Source of the DNA: Escherichia phage vB_EcoM-LTH01
Reading direction: 5' to 3' (one strand)
DNA: 64,000 nt
Sequence record: PP430345
Shown one piece after another: positions 44,228-54,810 of the stretch. The notes beneath the pieces were generated by a model. The model did not search any database. It was not told where the DNA came from and was given only the letters and a program-made list of their open reading frames with translations. The position numbers and the translations under genes were made by a program. Positions within the stretch are counted from its first letter, which is position 1. Each line of letters opens with the position of its first letter.

Positions 44228-45862
44228 TTAGCCCTCCACCGTTACCCATACGCCAGACATACGCTTCTGGATTGGTTTGTAATAACCTTGGTTTAATCCA
44301 AGTCCCGCTGAAACAACACCAGTGATTACGCAACCTGCCGGAGCACGTACAGGACTGGTATAGTTGTCCCCATTCATTGTCGTTTGTTGCTCAATACCTA
44401 AACGAACATCTTCGATAGTTTGAACAACTACGGCTGGAATAACTGTAACCTGCCTTGTTGCTTGGATTCCCGTAATAGATCCACGAACAGTAATAACAGC
44501 AGTACCTGGAGCAACACCCGATACATATCCACTTTGTGTAACGACAGCAACGTTAGCATTACTGGTGGAATACACTAGCGGCTCGTTGGAGTTGGCAGGT
44601 GTTCTGTTAACAGGGATCACTTCAGAATCGTTAACTTCCACACTAGGGATGCTGCCGATACTGATCGCTGTCAATGGTGTGTATGAAACTATTTTAACCT
44701 GTGCCGATATACCTGTGGAGATAGAGGCAATGATGTTAGTTTCACCTGGTCCAGTCAATCTTACATTACCAGCGCTATCCACGGTTGCAACATTACCATT
44801 CTGAGAGGTCCAAGTAACAGGATATTGGCTCGCCAAGTTTGCAGGGAGAACTTGAGCAGATATCCCTTGGGTAAAACCTACACGATTTGTAATGCTATCT
44901 GGTGTAGTAACAAGTGCAGTTGGTGACAGACTTCCAGTACCTTGTGCCTGATCAGTCTTGATAATGTACATCACTGCGACGTTCTTAGGTCTGTTTTCCG
45001 GTGCAGTCGGAACTACACGGCTTGCATCGAATCGAACATCACCTGCTGGGTTTTTACGATCGTGGTCAGGACCCGAGTTTGAGTTATATTGCGTATAAAG
45101 CGCACCTTGTTCACGATAACCGTGATCAGTACGGATACTTTCGTAACCCATTACACCCGTAATGTTTCGAATCGCATCACCTTGAATAGAACCTAAAGCA
45201 CGACCAGAGTCAGGGTCGTAAGCTCCAGATCCGTGCGCCCATCCACGAAGGAACAATCCACGATAATCAGGGACTACGTTTCGTCCTAAAACTTGGTACA
45301 GTCGTGGGTTCTGAGATGTACTGAATACTTGCCCGTTACACTCCAAGAATCCCGCCGGAGGAACTTGACCAGCCCAAGTAAGAATTGCACCAATCGGAAC
45401 CAGACGAGGCTCAAGCTCATCAATACGTGCGTTTAATCGGGAAACTGCATTATCTAAGTCTTGAGATAAACGAGTAACACGCTGATCAACCGCAGTGATC
45501 TCACGACGAAGATCTGCAACAGTCTGCTCTACATAAGTTCTTAAAGTTGCAACAGATTGTCTTACGTTCGCAACATCTTCACGAATAACTTCCAGTTGAT
45601 TGTTTACTCGTGTTTCGAGTTCCTGAATCAGTCGCTTGTATTCTTCTTCAACCTCTGGAAACTTCTCTTCTACGATCCAATTAAGCCAAGCACCAGACTG
45701 GTGAAGAATATAGTTGAATTCTTCTGCCGCTGGTTTTTGCCCTTTGTCATAGCCCTTTGCTAAAAGGTCATCAATCGGTTTTGATTTGTTAGGTCTTCCA
45801 GTACCAGGAAGGTTAACATCTTGTGCCGCAAAGACAACAATCGGTGTTGTTGGTCTAGCCAT
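44228..45862 (-). CDS. tail fibre protein with coiled-coil, phage tail collar domain and two BIG2-like Ig domains
   Basis: PIGAILTWAGQVPPAGFLECNGQ...NPRLYQVLG...VPDYRGLFLRGW (collar-domain pattern); TSQNGNVATVDSAGNVRLTG and SNANVAVVTQSGYVSGVAPGTAVITV (BIG2-like). Confidence 0.7.
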   Translation of the reverse strand: MARPTTPIVVFAAQDVNLPGTGRPNKSKPIDDLLAKGYDKGQKPAAEEFNYILHQSGAWLNWIVEEKFPEVEEEYKRLIQELETRVNNQLEVIREDVANVRQSVATLRTYVEQTVADLRREITAVDQRVTRLSQDLDNAVSRLNARIDELEPRLVPIGAILTWAGQVPPAGFLECNGQVFSTSQNPRLYQVLGRNVVPDYRGLFLRGWAHGSGAYDPDSGRALGSIQGDAIRNITGVMGYESIRTDHGYREQGALYTQYNSNSGPDHDRKNPAGDVRFDASRVVPTAPENRPKNVAVMYIIKTDQAQGTGSLSPTALVTTPDSITNRVGFTQGISAQVLPANLASQYPVTWTSQNGNVATVDSAGNVRLTGPGETNIIASISTGISAQVKIVSYTPLTAISIGSIPSVEVNDSEVIPVNRTPANSNEPLVYSTSNANVAVVTQSGYVSGVAPGTAVITVRGSITGIQATRQVTVIPAVVVQTIEDVRLGIEQQTTMNGDNYTSPVRAPAGCVITGVVSAGLGLNQGYYKPIQKRMSGVWVTVEG

Positions 45863-45874
45863 TAAATTCTCCCA

Positions 45875-46516
45875 TTAAAAGCCCCAAGGGTCTTCGTCGT
45901 CAGATACATAAACTAAAGTTGCAAGTCCACCCGCGCCAGTACGATCAGTGTCGTAGACGGATGCCCACCCAAATGCTTGTTCGTCACCCTCAAATCCAAA
46001 CGGGTATCCCTGATTCTCCACAACTCGCAAGTGAGTCACCAGAGGGAGCATATCAAGTATTTGGTCAAGAATAAGCTCAACTTCCACACAGGTATTGAAG
46101 ATGTTAATATCCATACGGTAATTTCTACCCTTATAGGTAGTCACACCCTCCTCACCGAATAATTGCTTCAGTGTGGATATAATTTCAGATCTTGTTCCAC
46201 TTTTAGATCCAATAGCTGTAAGGATTATAATAACAGCCCTGTACTCAGGATCATTCAATCCGTTACGGAAGATACCGTTTTGTCTGCCTATTTCGTCGAG
46301 AGTGTCGCCCTCTGCATTGATGATTGTTCTCATCTCTGCCAGTTCAACAGCTTTCTGATCTATGAGTTCAAGACGTTTCAAGAAGATCTCAAGGACCTTT
46401 TGGATGTTATCTTTATTCTCAAAGATCTCAGGGGGTAAATAATCAATACCCCCTTTGACGAAATCAGGCAGAGGATGGATGTGGTTAACATCCTTCTTTT
46501 CTGTAACCTCTGCCAT
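45875..46516 (-). CDS. putative baseplate / tail fibre attachment protein (213 aa)
   Basis: Position between the baseplate genes and the tail fibre gene. Confidence 0.4.
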   Translation of the reverse strand: MAEVTEKKDVNHIHPLPDFVKGGIDYLPPEIFENKDNIQKVLEIFLKRLELIDQKAVELAEMRTIINAEGDTLDEIGRQNGIFRNGLNDPEYRAVIIILTAIGSKSGTRSEIISTLKQLFGEEGVTTYKGRNYRMDINIFNTCVEVELILDQILDMLPLVTHLRVVENQGYPFGFEGDEQAFGWASVYDTDRTGAGGLATLVYVSDDEDPWGF

Positions 46517-46525
46517 TCTTTCTCC

Positions 46526-48010
46526 TTAAACTATCTGACGGAATTCAATATTCTCTGCGGACAGGGCGAATACTTCAGTAACATCGGCAGATACATCTGT
46601 TCCAACATAGGAAGACTCAGGTTCTTCTACGTTCTTAATCTCAACAAAAACTTGAGTGAAACGAGATGATGCCGTTGAACTGATAACTGTACCTACCAAC
46701 TGAACGTTGTACAGAGTTCCGGCTATAATAGTCCCATTTATCGCAGTAATCAAGCTATTTGAGATAGTTGTTTCTTCGACAACAGAAAGAGGTCTTCCAC
46801 GATAGCTGATTCTCATACTCAGGTTACGAGCTTGGGCCTTCGTGTGCCAGATTGTTTCTACTTGGTCATCTTCAGTGGTGATGTTGTAGAAAGTACTCCC
46901 TGACGTATTGTTGGAACCAGCGATAGTGTCGTAAAGTACCTGACTGATTTCAGCAGTGTTACCACCGTAAACAACAGGCATGAAGGAGTAAGGAGGCACA
47001 CCAACAGAGTTTGTCTTGTCGGTATTGTTTGCAAAGATCCTTACCTTCTCTATACCCTCAACTTTGTTCAGCAGTGCAGAAAGGATCGCTGCACGAGTGG
47101 CCTTTCCTGTGTTAACTGCATCAATTGCACGGAGACGGTATTCATTATCTGATTCTACGTCTGACCCTGGGGTGAATGCAATCAGGTTCGTCAAGTCAAG
47201 GAAACCCGCCGGAACCGGACTTATTCCACGAACACTGAAAGCATCACGAGATGTTAAACCAGGCTCCGTAGCTCTAACATCCATTGTGATAGTTCTAGTA
47301 CCTGCCAATGGTTGAGTACGGAAATCGATTCTGCTTGACAAGCCGATAAGGTTCTTGTTACTATCATACCCAATGTGGATAGAGTTGGCTACGGAATCAA
47401 TAATGATTTTATCACGGTTGGACAGGATAGTGTTCTCCACAATGAAATCTTTAATTGCAGAGAAGAATGCGATAACAGGCGCACCAGTGGTGGCTGTCAA
47501 TTGATATGTCATGGTCTTGATCGATTGATCATTGATGTTCTGGATCTGTAATCGGTAACTTCCGACAGAAAGATCCGAACCACGGATGACCTGAGCAAAA
47601 ATGTTTCCTGCAACCTGAACATCGTTAGATAGACGATAATCGTTGTCGATGGTGTATGCAGAGGCAGAGTAAATCATGTTGTAAGGGATAGTGGAATCAA
47701 TGGTCAACTGAACCTGACCTGTGCTTCGAGTCTTCCCGTTACGATAAATACCACGCTTAGATAAAAGGTCGTCAAGGTAAATACCTTCTGCACCTTGCAT
47801 TGTCTGTGCGTAATAAACAGAACCCATCAACAACCAGAGTTGATATTCACGTTCGTTAAAGATAGAAATGAGTTTGTCAGCAACTGAGTTACTTTCGGTA
47901 TTGAAATCTTCACCAAATTCATTCTTGAAAGTTTTCTTCGTTTCCTGAATCAAGTCTTCCATCGGCGGGAGGTTAAATCCACTACCCGTTAGACCGTAAT
48001 TGGACGCCAT
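46526..48010 (-). CDS. putative baseplate protein (J-like by position, 494 aa)
   Basis: Size and position in the baseplate cluster; no motif verified. Confidence 0.4.
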   Translation of the reverse strand: MASNYGLTGSGFNLPPMEDLIQETKKTFKNEFGEDFNTESNSVADKLISIFNEREYQLWLLMGSVYYAQTMQGAEGIYLDDLLSKRGIYRNGKTRSTGQVQLTIDSTIPYNMIYSASAYTIDNDYRLSNDVQVAGNIFAQVIRGSDLSVGSYRLQIQNINDQSIKTMTYQLTATTGAPVIAFFSAIKDFIVENTILSNRDKIIIDSVANSIHIGYDSNKNLIGLSSRIDFRTQPLAGTRTITMDVRATEPGLTSRDAFSVRGISPVPAGFLDLTNLIAFTPGSDVESDNEYRLRAIDAVNTGKATRAAILSALLNKVEGIEKVRIFANNTDKTNSVGVPPYSFMPVVYGGNTAEISQVLYDTIAGSNNTSGSTFYNITTEDDQVETIWHTKAQARNLSMRISYRGRPLSVVEETTISNSLITAINGTIIAGTLYNVQLVGTVISSTASSRFTQVFVEIKNVEEPESSYVGTDVSADVTEVFALSAENIEFRQIV

Positions 48011-48049
48011 TGTTCCTCCTGCTCCAAAATTAGACGATAAGCGTATTTT

Positions 48050-48084
48050 ATCATAATATCCAGAGAATTAAAAGAAAAGGGAGC
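48050..48084 (-). terminator. internal terminator or attenuator in the tail operon
   Basis: Minus-strand GGGAGC-CTCGT-GCTCCC followed by TTTTCTTTTAATT. Confidence 0.5.
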
Positions 48085-48101
48085 ACGAGGCTCCCTTGAG
48101 G

Positions 48102-48626
48102 TTATTTCCAGGTATTGACCCAAGTAGAGTCACCATATTTCGGTAATCTGAAGTTAATCAGGTAGTAAAGCTTGTTCTTGAATTCAATTAAAGAACCTTC
48201 GTCACCACACAGTTCAACGTTACCTTCCGGCGGTGTTGGATACTCATAAGTATCATCACCTAAGAATGCGAAGTTAATCTCTTCACCCTCTGACGTTACA
48301 ACCGTAAAGAAGCATTTATAACTACGGCTGTAAATCTCTACAGAGGAATTGAAATCTTTTATCGCGATCACATCCGGCTCTTGACGAACCTCTTGCTTTA
48401 TCCTATTATCCAGTACAGTTTTTGATAGTTTCTTGGCAATAAACATTCCGTAAGGGAAGCCTATTGTTTCATCGAAATACCAAGTTCCCTGCCAGATCCC
48501 GAAGCGAAGATAAAGCCTTTGACGTAAACTCATCTGGTTAGAGGTAACAACCTGCAAAGTCCTTGTCGAGAAATCAAGATCCCCTGTTAAGGGATCTAAA
48601 AGGAAGTCTTTAAATACTGTAGCCAT
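48102..48626 (-). CDS. putative baseplate protein (174 aa)
   Basis: ORF in the baseplate cluster. Confidence 0.45.
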   Translation of the reverse strand: MATVFKDFLLDPLTGDLDFSTRTLQVVTSNQMSLRQRLYLRFGIWQGTWYFDETIGFPYGMFIAKKLSKTVLDNRIKQEVRQEPDVIAIKDFNSSVEIYSRSYKCFFTVVTSEGEEINFAFLGDDTYEYPTPPEGNVELCGDEGSLIEFKNKLYYLINFRLPKYGDSTWVNTWK

Positions 48627-49318
48627 TATACTTTAACCCCACTGGTATCACCACCTCTTTCAACGCCACTATGTCTATGGTTGAGGTAGTCGGCATAAAA
48701 ATCTTCCAGATCAACACCGGAAGCTGTGATCACGTTACCGGAGGTTGTTATGGTGCAACCATTCACCCTTACCATTCCAGACTCCATCACTTCTATGTTG
48801 GCAGGACCATTCGAAAACGTCATCTTACCACTTTGCTCAATCTTTAGATTGGCAGCAGGATTCTGAAACGTCATCGTCCCATCAGGCATCAGTGTCATAA
48901 CACCTTTATCGTTCTCAAGAACAACGTTGTCGGGATGAGCAGCCTTTCCATTACCTTCGGTAAATATCTGCGTCACAGCCCAACCAGGGAATAATTGATG
49001 GGTATTCACATCCTTAAAGTCACCTTCGTTCCTTTCAGAGAAAGCAACACCCACCAAATCTCCGACTTTTATAGGCATAGATAATCTTGCCTTTCCACCT
49101 GCGCCGGAAGGGAAGTTAATCGGAACATCGTAAATAACTGGATAAGCTTCTACTGTTCCGTTATCAAATTCCGTTTGTGCCATAGGTTTAACATCGACAG
49201 AGGGGATGGCGTAATTAACGCCAACCACTGTTCCTCGGATGTTAGTATGCACGTTGTTTCGCAGATATCTTCCGACAAAGACAGATAGTGCTGCATCATA
49301 ACGATCTACGTAAGCCAT
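48626..49318 (-). CDS. putative baseplate protein (230 aa)
   Basis: ORF; stop overlaps the downstream start. Confidence 0.45.
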   Translation of the reverse strand: MAYVDRYDAALSVFVGRYLRNNVHTNIRGTVVGVNYAIPSVDVKPMAQTEFDNGTVEAYPVIYDVPINFPSGAGGKARLSMPIKVGDLVGVAFSERNEGDFKDVNTHQLFPGWAVTQIFTEGNGKAAHPDNVVLENDKGVMTLMPDGTMTFQNPAANLKIEQSGKMTFSNGPANIEVMESGMVRVNGCTITTSGNVITASGVDLEDFYADYLNHRHSGVERGGDTSGVKV

Positions 49319-49321
49319 AAG

Positions 49322-50278
49322 TTATCTTATCAACTCCCCTCGTGTTTCTGCAAGACCTAATTCGGTTACCCAGTCGCCTGTTTCGTAACCGCCCCTGTGT
49401 GTCAACTCAATGACTTTGTAAAAACCCTTAATGTATCGAGTGTTCAGGTATACTGTAGACTCAGGAAGGATCGCACCATTAAGGAGTGTAGTCACTGTCA
49501 AACCAACGTCCTCCTTTACATTCTTCTCCTTCTTCTTTGAAGTCTCTTTTGTATCTTTTTTCTTTTTCTTCTTCGAGATGTTTGGTTGCTTTAACGTTGG
49601 AGTGCCAACCATCCCGCCTTCCTCGGAGATCTCGAACATCACATTTGCAAACCTGGAGCCTTCTTTTGTCCAATAAACAGCACCATCCTGTATGGAAAAG
49701 GTAGATCCAGTATTTTTTGCAAGGTTTTCTAAGTTCTGTGCCGCATTACCAGTAAATGCCATAGAACTCTGCAATGTGTCAGCACTAAAAGGAACAACAC
49801 GCCCTTTGGGTAGCTTAAGATCAGAGATAAGGTCATTAAGAACCTGATTCACAGGCGTTCCCTTTCGGTAAGATCGGGAGGTTGTGGCGGTAGTCAAGTT
49901 TAGCGTTCCATCACCAAAAATAAACTTAGTCTCTCGTGTTTCCTCTGAGAAAGTATCCTCTACAAACTCGATTGTTCCAGAAAAGATAAGTTTTTCGTCA
50001 CCATTGTACCCCGCTTTTAAAAGGACAGCGAGGGATTCTCTTTGGTTTATACTGAGGTAGTTAACAACGTCATCGGAAAGGTTAAATACACTTACGTATC
50101 CCTTGTTAGGTTCCTTTGAGTTGTCTTTCTTTAACTGAAAGGTAATATGAAGATCCTTGATCTCATATGCTTCACCTTGGTTACTGTTACTGGCGTAGCG
50201 CTCAATGTTGACGGGCTTTTCACCAATATAAACAGGTCTTCCGATAACTAAAGTATATGTCCTTTCCAATGCCTTCAT
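49322..50278 (-). CDS. putative baseplate / tail protein (318 aa) with an internal Lys-rich tract
   Basis: ORF; KKKKKKDTKETSKKKEK segment. Confidence 0.5.
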   Translation of the reverse strand: MKALERTYTLVIGRPVYIGEKPVNIERYASNSNQGEAYEIKDLHITFQLKKDNSKEPNKGYVSVFNLSDDVVNYLSINQRESLAVLLKAGYNGDEKLIFSGTIEFVEDTFSEETRETKFIFGDGTLNLTTATTSRSYRKGTPVNQVLNDLISDLKLPKGRVVPFSADTLQSSMAFTGNAAQNLENLAKNTGSTFSIQDGAVYWTKEGSRFANVMFEISEEGGMVGTPTLKQPNISKKKKKKDTKETSKKKEKNVKEDVGLTVTTLLNGAILPESTVYLNTRYIKGFYKVIELTHRGGYETGDWVTELGLAETRGELIR

Positions 50279-50646
50279 TAATTAATCGCCTCCACATCTT
50301 CCTCTCTGGATGCATAAATCATCTGGACACCAGAAAGAGGTCCAACATTATAACGACCCACACGAGTAGCAATATCTCGCAATGGGAATAAATACAGGTT
50401 ACCATCGGGAACATTATCCAAATAACGATAAGGTCCGATAATATCACTATAGCAAGTCAATTTGGTAGTTATCGTAGGAGAAACACCGATATCACCTAAA
50501 GAGAATAACCAAGACTCATCCCTTTCATTCCATGTAAAACGAACCTCGTAAGTTACGGAGTCGAGGACCACACGGAATGTTTCGTCAGGGTATCCAGTCA
50601 ATTCAAAATCGAATGTTCTCACATATTTCTTGTTAAGATCAATCAT
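50278..50646 (-). CDS. putative tail protein (122 aa)
   Basis: ORF with overlapping boundaries. Confidence 0.5.
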   Translation of the reverse strand: MIDLNKKYVRTFDFELTGYPDETFRVVLDSVTYEVRFTWNERDESWLFSLGDIGVSPTITTKLTCYSDIIGPYRYLDNVPDGNLYLFPLRDIATRVGRYNVGPLSGVQMIYASREEDVEAIN

Positions 50647-50648
50647 TA

Positions 50649-51524
50649 TTACCTCTTCAAAGATGCTGGATCAAATTCATATTTCTTACCTGCCTCTCCA
50701 GAGAAATCTGTCGTTCCTGTAAGTGCGTTTTCGATTCGCTCTTTTGCAGCAGCATTCTTTCCGAGATACGGTGTTTTACGCTTACCTTGAGCGTTGTCGC
50801 TAACAGAACCATTCTCTGCGGTCTGTTTAGTGCCAGAGTTTACATTCTTAGCTTTCTTAGGATCAGCAGTAGTTCTTGCTAAAACTGTTTTAGAAATATC
50901 ACGGAAACGGAACTCTTCTAGGGTCAAACTAACAGCAATGCTACCTCCCTGACCATTGTCACGAGTAACAGAGAAGTTTGTGATCACATAGTTCGTCAGG
51001 ATATCATCTTCTGTTACCAAGGTAACAAGTTGATGACCATCACCAATTTGCTTAAGGATCTCTACAGCTTTTGCTGGACGCTTGGATTGTAACGGGTTAT
51101 TTTTGTCTGTATCGAAATCAATATAGTTTCTCTCGTTTATAATTAAAGGAGAGTCAGTGATGACTGCCGAAAAACTAAATTTACCATCTTGAGTTACAAC
51201 ATGATCAGATGCTTTAGCTTTTGACTCTACAGCATAGCTGGTCTTGTTATAATCCTTTGTGTAGGTGTGGGTAGTAACAACGTCAAACAGGATAGCAATA
51301 TCGTCTGTTTGGTTCTTGTCGTAAAGAAGTGGTGCTCTACCTGTATTTATACCAGAAGCGAAGAGTGTGTATTGAACATCTTCACGCAACTTGGTATTCT
51401 GTGCCGTCTGTTTTTGACGGGCCTCTTCAGCTTGACCTTGCTGATACGCCTTGTCGATAGCAGCAATCTGCTCAGGTGAATACGTACCCATTTTGTAAGT
51501 GCTAGGTTTTAAATCAGTAGCCAT
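50649..51524 (-). CDS. putative tail protein (291 aa) downstream of the tape measure gene
   Basis: ORF with AAAGGAGG ribosome-binding site. Confidence 0.5.
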   Translation of the reverse strand: MATDLKPSTYKMGTYSPEQIAAIDKAYQQGQAEEARQKQTAQNTKLREDVQYTLFASGINTGRAPLLYDKNQTDDIAILFDVVTTHTYTKDYNKTSYAVESKAKASDHVVTQDGKFSFSAVITDSPLIINERNYIDFDTDKNNPLQSKRPAKAVEILKQIGDGHQLVTLVTEDDILTNYVITNFSVTRDNGQGGSIAVSLTLEEFRFRDISKTVLARTTADPKKAKNVNSGTKQTAENGSVSDNAQGKRKTPYLGKNAAAKERIENALTGTTDFSGEAGKKYEFDPASLKR

Positions 51525-51561
51525 AAGTTTCCTCCTTTCAGTATTTTAACACGAATAAGTA

Positions 51562-51590
51562 CAATAAAAAAGGGGGCCGAAGCCCCCTGT
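51562..51590 (-). terminator. rho-independent terminator or attenuator after the tape measure gene
   Basis: Minus-strand GGGGGC-TTCG-GCCCCC followed by TTTTTTATT. Confidence 0.6.
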
Positions 51591-51592
51591 AA

Positions 51593-54016
51593 TTATTGGT
51601 TACCACCCTGAGTGAGCAGGTTGATATTGAATCCGTTCTCTTCATCCACAATTGCACGGATATATTGACGAATCTCTCCACTCTTGATCTCAACGGTGAT
51701 CTTACCTTCAGGTGGTGCTGCTGGAGTTTCCAGAGGAAATCCGCTAGGGCGAATACCAGATGGAGTCGAGATAGTGTTAGGATCTACAGTTATGTCACGA
51801 GAGCCACCAAACAACTCTCTGAACACATCAGTTAACCCGACAGGTTGTGGAGTTACACCATATTGCTGCTGGAAAGCTGTTGCGTCAAGCCCTGCTCCAG
51901 CCAATCGGCTCTCTCCACTTTGGATAAAGCGGTCATTGATTTCTGACCCTGCTGAATAAAGCGTACCAAGGCCAAAAAGATTACCAAGCTTACCAAGTTG
52001 ACTGAATCTTCCAGCTACACTTGTCTTACCTGGGGTAGTTGCGCCACCAGAGGCTGTGGTGTTTGCACCAGTTGTGGTTTTTCCACCCGTAGCTAAATCT
52101 CCACCAAGGGTTCCACGAATCTCCTTAAGTGCACCTTTTAATCCTGCAATCTTAGCTAGGATATTAAACACTTTAGTTAGACCGCCGAGGAACAATCCGA
52201 TACCAAGGAGATAAGAACCCCAATCAAACACTTGACGAAGAGTATCACCTTCAACACCTATTTTCTTGAAGTAATAAGACACCACACGATCCAAAAGGAC
52301 AAGGTTATCATGTATTTCAAGAACCATGTCTGTAAATCCTTCAATTACGTTACCGAAGAATCTACCGATGGTGCTTGCAACGTTACCATTACTTGATAGG
52401 ATTGTAGCTAAGTTATTGAAAACTCTTGTCAGTTGTTCACCAAAGCCACCTTGGAATATTCTGTTTTGAAACTCTGCAAAAGTCTGAGTTAAACGCTGGT
52501 AAGCAACACGGTTACTTTCCAAAGCTTTATCCAGTGCACCACCTTTGTTAGCAGCCTCTGCATAGTATTTACCAACCAAAGGTATGATCTTGGAGGCTTT
52601 CAATTCACCATCTTCCATCAACTTCAACAATTTTGCAATGTCGATAGAGGTGTCGCCGAATGCTTCTTGAGTTGCTTTCAAGAATACCTGTAAAGAACCA
52701 GGAATTGCTTCAGCCAACTGACCCTTTAGTTCTTCAGCCATTACTTGACCTTTACCAAGGATCTGTTGAATTGCTGTAATGCCACGCTGATATCTTACAG
52801 GATCGACCTGAAGTGCGGTGGAATATTCAGAAAATGCACTAAATAATTCGTCTGTTTGAGATTTACTAATAACACCATCAGCAGAGATCGCTAACTGGGT
52901 AAATCCCTGCGATGCAGTTTTCAGATCCAAACCTAAACGGTATGCTTCGTCACGAACAAACTTAACACGCTGACCAGCTTCTTCTGCCGAATCAGAGATC
53001 AACAGAGATGTTGCATTGATTCCTTCGAAGAATTGACCTTGACGAGTTATTGATGCACCTGCTGAGAAAACTCCATATGCGGCAGTAGCACTTACCAAGC
53101 TGGAACGAACATCTTTAAGTGTGGAAGAGAAAGATCCAGCACTTGACTGTGCAGCACGGAATTGTCTTTCTAGCGCCTGTATGCTTTGACGATACTGCCC
53201 AGATGATAACGTACCAGCACGAAATTGTCTATTAAGATCTTCAATCCCACGACCTTCCGAGTCACGACCCAAAGCACCTGCATAACCACGACCATATCGA
53301 GAGGATAGACGAATACGTTGTTGTGCTGTAACATCATCAATACGGGCAGCAGCACGAGCAGCGCGGACACGTTCACGTTCCTGTTCTTGAGTTTGTTGCT
53401 TCTGCATTCTCTCTTTGATACGAGAACTACGTTGCATCGCTCTGTTTTGTGCAGCAATTAAATCAGGGTTGAATCGGCTATTAGGATCTCCAACAATACC
53501 TGACCCTGGCTCTCTGTTACCGCGAGATAATAATTGATTTGCAGCTTCCACACGTTGGATGTTGAAAGGCGGTAAAGGTGTCGCTGTACGGTTTGCAGAT
53601 CTTGCAGCAGCACGGGCAGCTTTCTCCTGTTCCTGATAGAACTTTCTCATCTCAGCAGAACCAGGGGATGCAGCCGTCAGGCTTTTAACCTGTTGTCGTA
53701 TTCTTGCAGCAGAAACCTTCTGAATTGCCTCTTTTGCCTTGGCTTCTTTCTTTGCCAGAGCAATACGATAATCAGTGGCCTTCTTCTCCTCACGCTTCCG
53801 AGTTTCTTCCAGACGTTTACTGACTAGTCTCATTTCACGAGCGGATTGTTTATAAGCCTCAGCAGGAGAATTCTTTCCGGCAGCGGTAGCCTCTGTTGAA
53901 GCCTTTTTCCATTCGTTGGAGAGTTTTCGGATCTCCTCACGAGCTTTTCGATAGGAACCTTTGTCAGTTTCAAATATGACTCGGTTCTTTGTTGTTGCAA
54001 TTACTTCAACAGCCAT
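51593..54016 (-). CDS. tail tape measure protein (807 aa)
   Basis: Long Ala/Gln/Arg-rich ORF immediately downstream of the frameshifted chaperone pair; Gly-rich C-terminal half. Confidence 0.7.
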   Translation of the reverse strand: MAVEVIATTKNRVIFETDKGSYRKAREEIRKLSNEWKKASTEATAAGKNSPAEAYKQSAREMRLVSKRLEETRKREEKKATDYRIALAKKEAKAKEAIQKVSAARIRQQVKSLTAASPGSAEMRKFYQEQEKAARAAARSANRTATPLPPFNIQRVEAANQLLSRGNREPGSGIVGDPNSRFNPDLIAAQNRAMQRSSRIKERMQKQQTQEQERERVRAARAAARIDDVTAQQRIRLSSRYGRGYAGALGRDSEGRGIEDLNRQFRAGTLSSGQYRQSIQALERQFRAAQSSAGSFSSTLKDVRSSLVSATAAYGVFSAGASITRQGQFFEGINATSLLISDSAEEAGQRVKFVRDEAYRLGLDLKTASQGFTQLAISADGVISKSQTDELFSAFSEYSTALQVDPVRYQRGITAIQQILGKGQVMAEELKGQLAEAIPGSLQVFLKATQEAFGDTSIDIAKLLKLMEDGELKASKIIPLVGKYYAEAANKGGALDKALESNRVAYQRLTQTFAEFQNRIFQGGFGEQLTRVFNNLATILSSNGNVASTIGRFFGNVIEGFTDMVLEIHDNLVLLDRVVSYYFKKIGVEGDTLRQVFDWGSYLLGIGLFLGGLTKVFNILAKIAGLKGALKEIRGTLGGDLATGGKTTTGANTTASGGATTPGKTSVAGRFSQLGKLGNLFGLGTLYSAGSEINDRFIQSGESRLAGAGLDATAFQQQYGVTPQPVGLTDVFRELFGGSRDITVDPNTISTPSGIRPSGFPLETPAAPPEGKITVEIKSGEIRQYIRAIVDEENGFNINLLTQGGNQ

Positions 54017-54073
54017 TTCGACTCCTCATAATAAAAATAAAGGCCAGAGTCTTTCGACTCCAGCCCTATTTAT

Positions 54074-54460
54074 TTACTTTCTCCGTTTTAACTGGGCCTC
54101 TTGTTGTTCCATTCGCTGGCGTTCGTATTCCTTCTCTTTCTCTTGAACACCTTCCAAATATTCTTGAATATCTATATATTCATTTTTCTTAAGAAGGTCT
54201 TCCATGTCCCCACTTTCAATAGAAAGTTCATTAACTCCCTTGAATTTCTCCATGACACGGAAATAAAGATAGTCATACCATTTCAGACTGGAGTTTTTCC
54301 TACAATACTCCAAGGCCCTTTCCACCGTACTCAGCGGCCTCAGGCTTCCGTCTGATCCAGTTGGTCCACCTTGCGAACCAGACCGAACTTCTGAAGGAGA
54401 TTTTCGATTGTCCCGAAACCGCTCTTGCCGAAAAAACAGCCGTAGTTCACCTGTATGATT
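54074..54460 (-). CDS. tail assembly chaperone, -1 frameshift extension (T-like part); the annotated GTG start at 54325 is probably not used independently
   Basis: Reading frame is open upstream to 54460 and overlaps the upstream chaperone ORF in the -1 frame; slippery T-TTT-TTC lies in the overlap. Confidence 0.55.
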   Translation of the reverse strand, partial: NHTGELRLFFRQERFRDNRKSPSEVRSGSQGGPTGSDGSLRPLSTVERALEYCRKNSSLKWYDYLYFRVMEKFKGVNELSIESGDMEDLLKKNEYIDIQEYLEGVQEKEKEYERQRMEQQEAQLKRRK

Positions 54461-54810
54461 TCAGCAAGTAACTTGAACAAATCTTCTACGTGACCATCAA
54501 ACACTTCATCGATATCAATCGGGCCGCCCATGTTGTCTACTTCAACGCCTTCCAGTAAAAGGTTGATAATTTCCAGACCACCTTCATCGATACGATCCAG
54601 AATATAAAGAATTGCGGTTGGGACAGCATCTTGAAAATCTTGTCCACCGGAAATAGCAGAGCCTGCCATTGTACCCAAAGGAACAGCTACCAGCTTGCCA
54701 ATTTTAGGCATATTACGGATAACTTGAGTAGGCGACCAATGATAAATCGTGAATCGCTTACCGCCGCAGAGAGTGATCTCTGTAGTCTTTTTAAATTTAA
54801 AACCTTGCAC
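54340..54810 (-). CDS. tail assembly chaperone (G-like, 156 aa)
   Basis: ORF between the tube and tape measure genes; contains the slippery heptamer. Confidence 0.6.
   Translation of the reverse strand: MQGFKFKKTTEITLCGGKRFTIYHWSPTQVIRNMPKIGKLVAVPLGTMAGSAISGGQDFQDAVPTAILYILDRIDEGGLEIINLLLEGVEVDNMGGPIDIDEVFDGHVEDLFKLLAEIIQVNYGCFFGKSGFGTIENLLQKFGLVRKVDQLDQTEA
54430..54436 (-). other. candidate -1 programmed ribosomal frameshift site (T TTT TTC)
   Basis: Heptamer in X-XXY-YYZ register of the upstream chaperone frame (codons TGT TTT TTC), inside the two-frame overlap. Confidence 0.55.
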
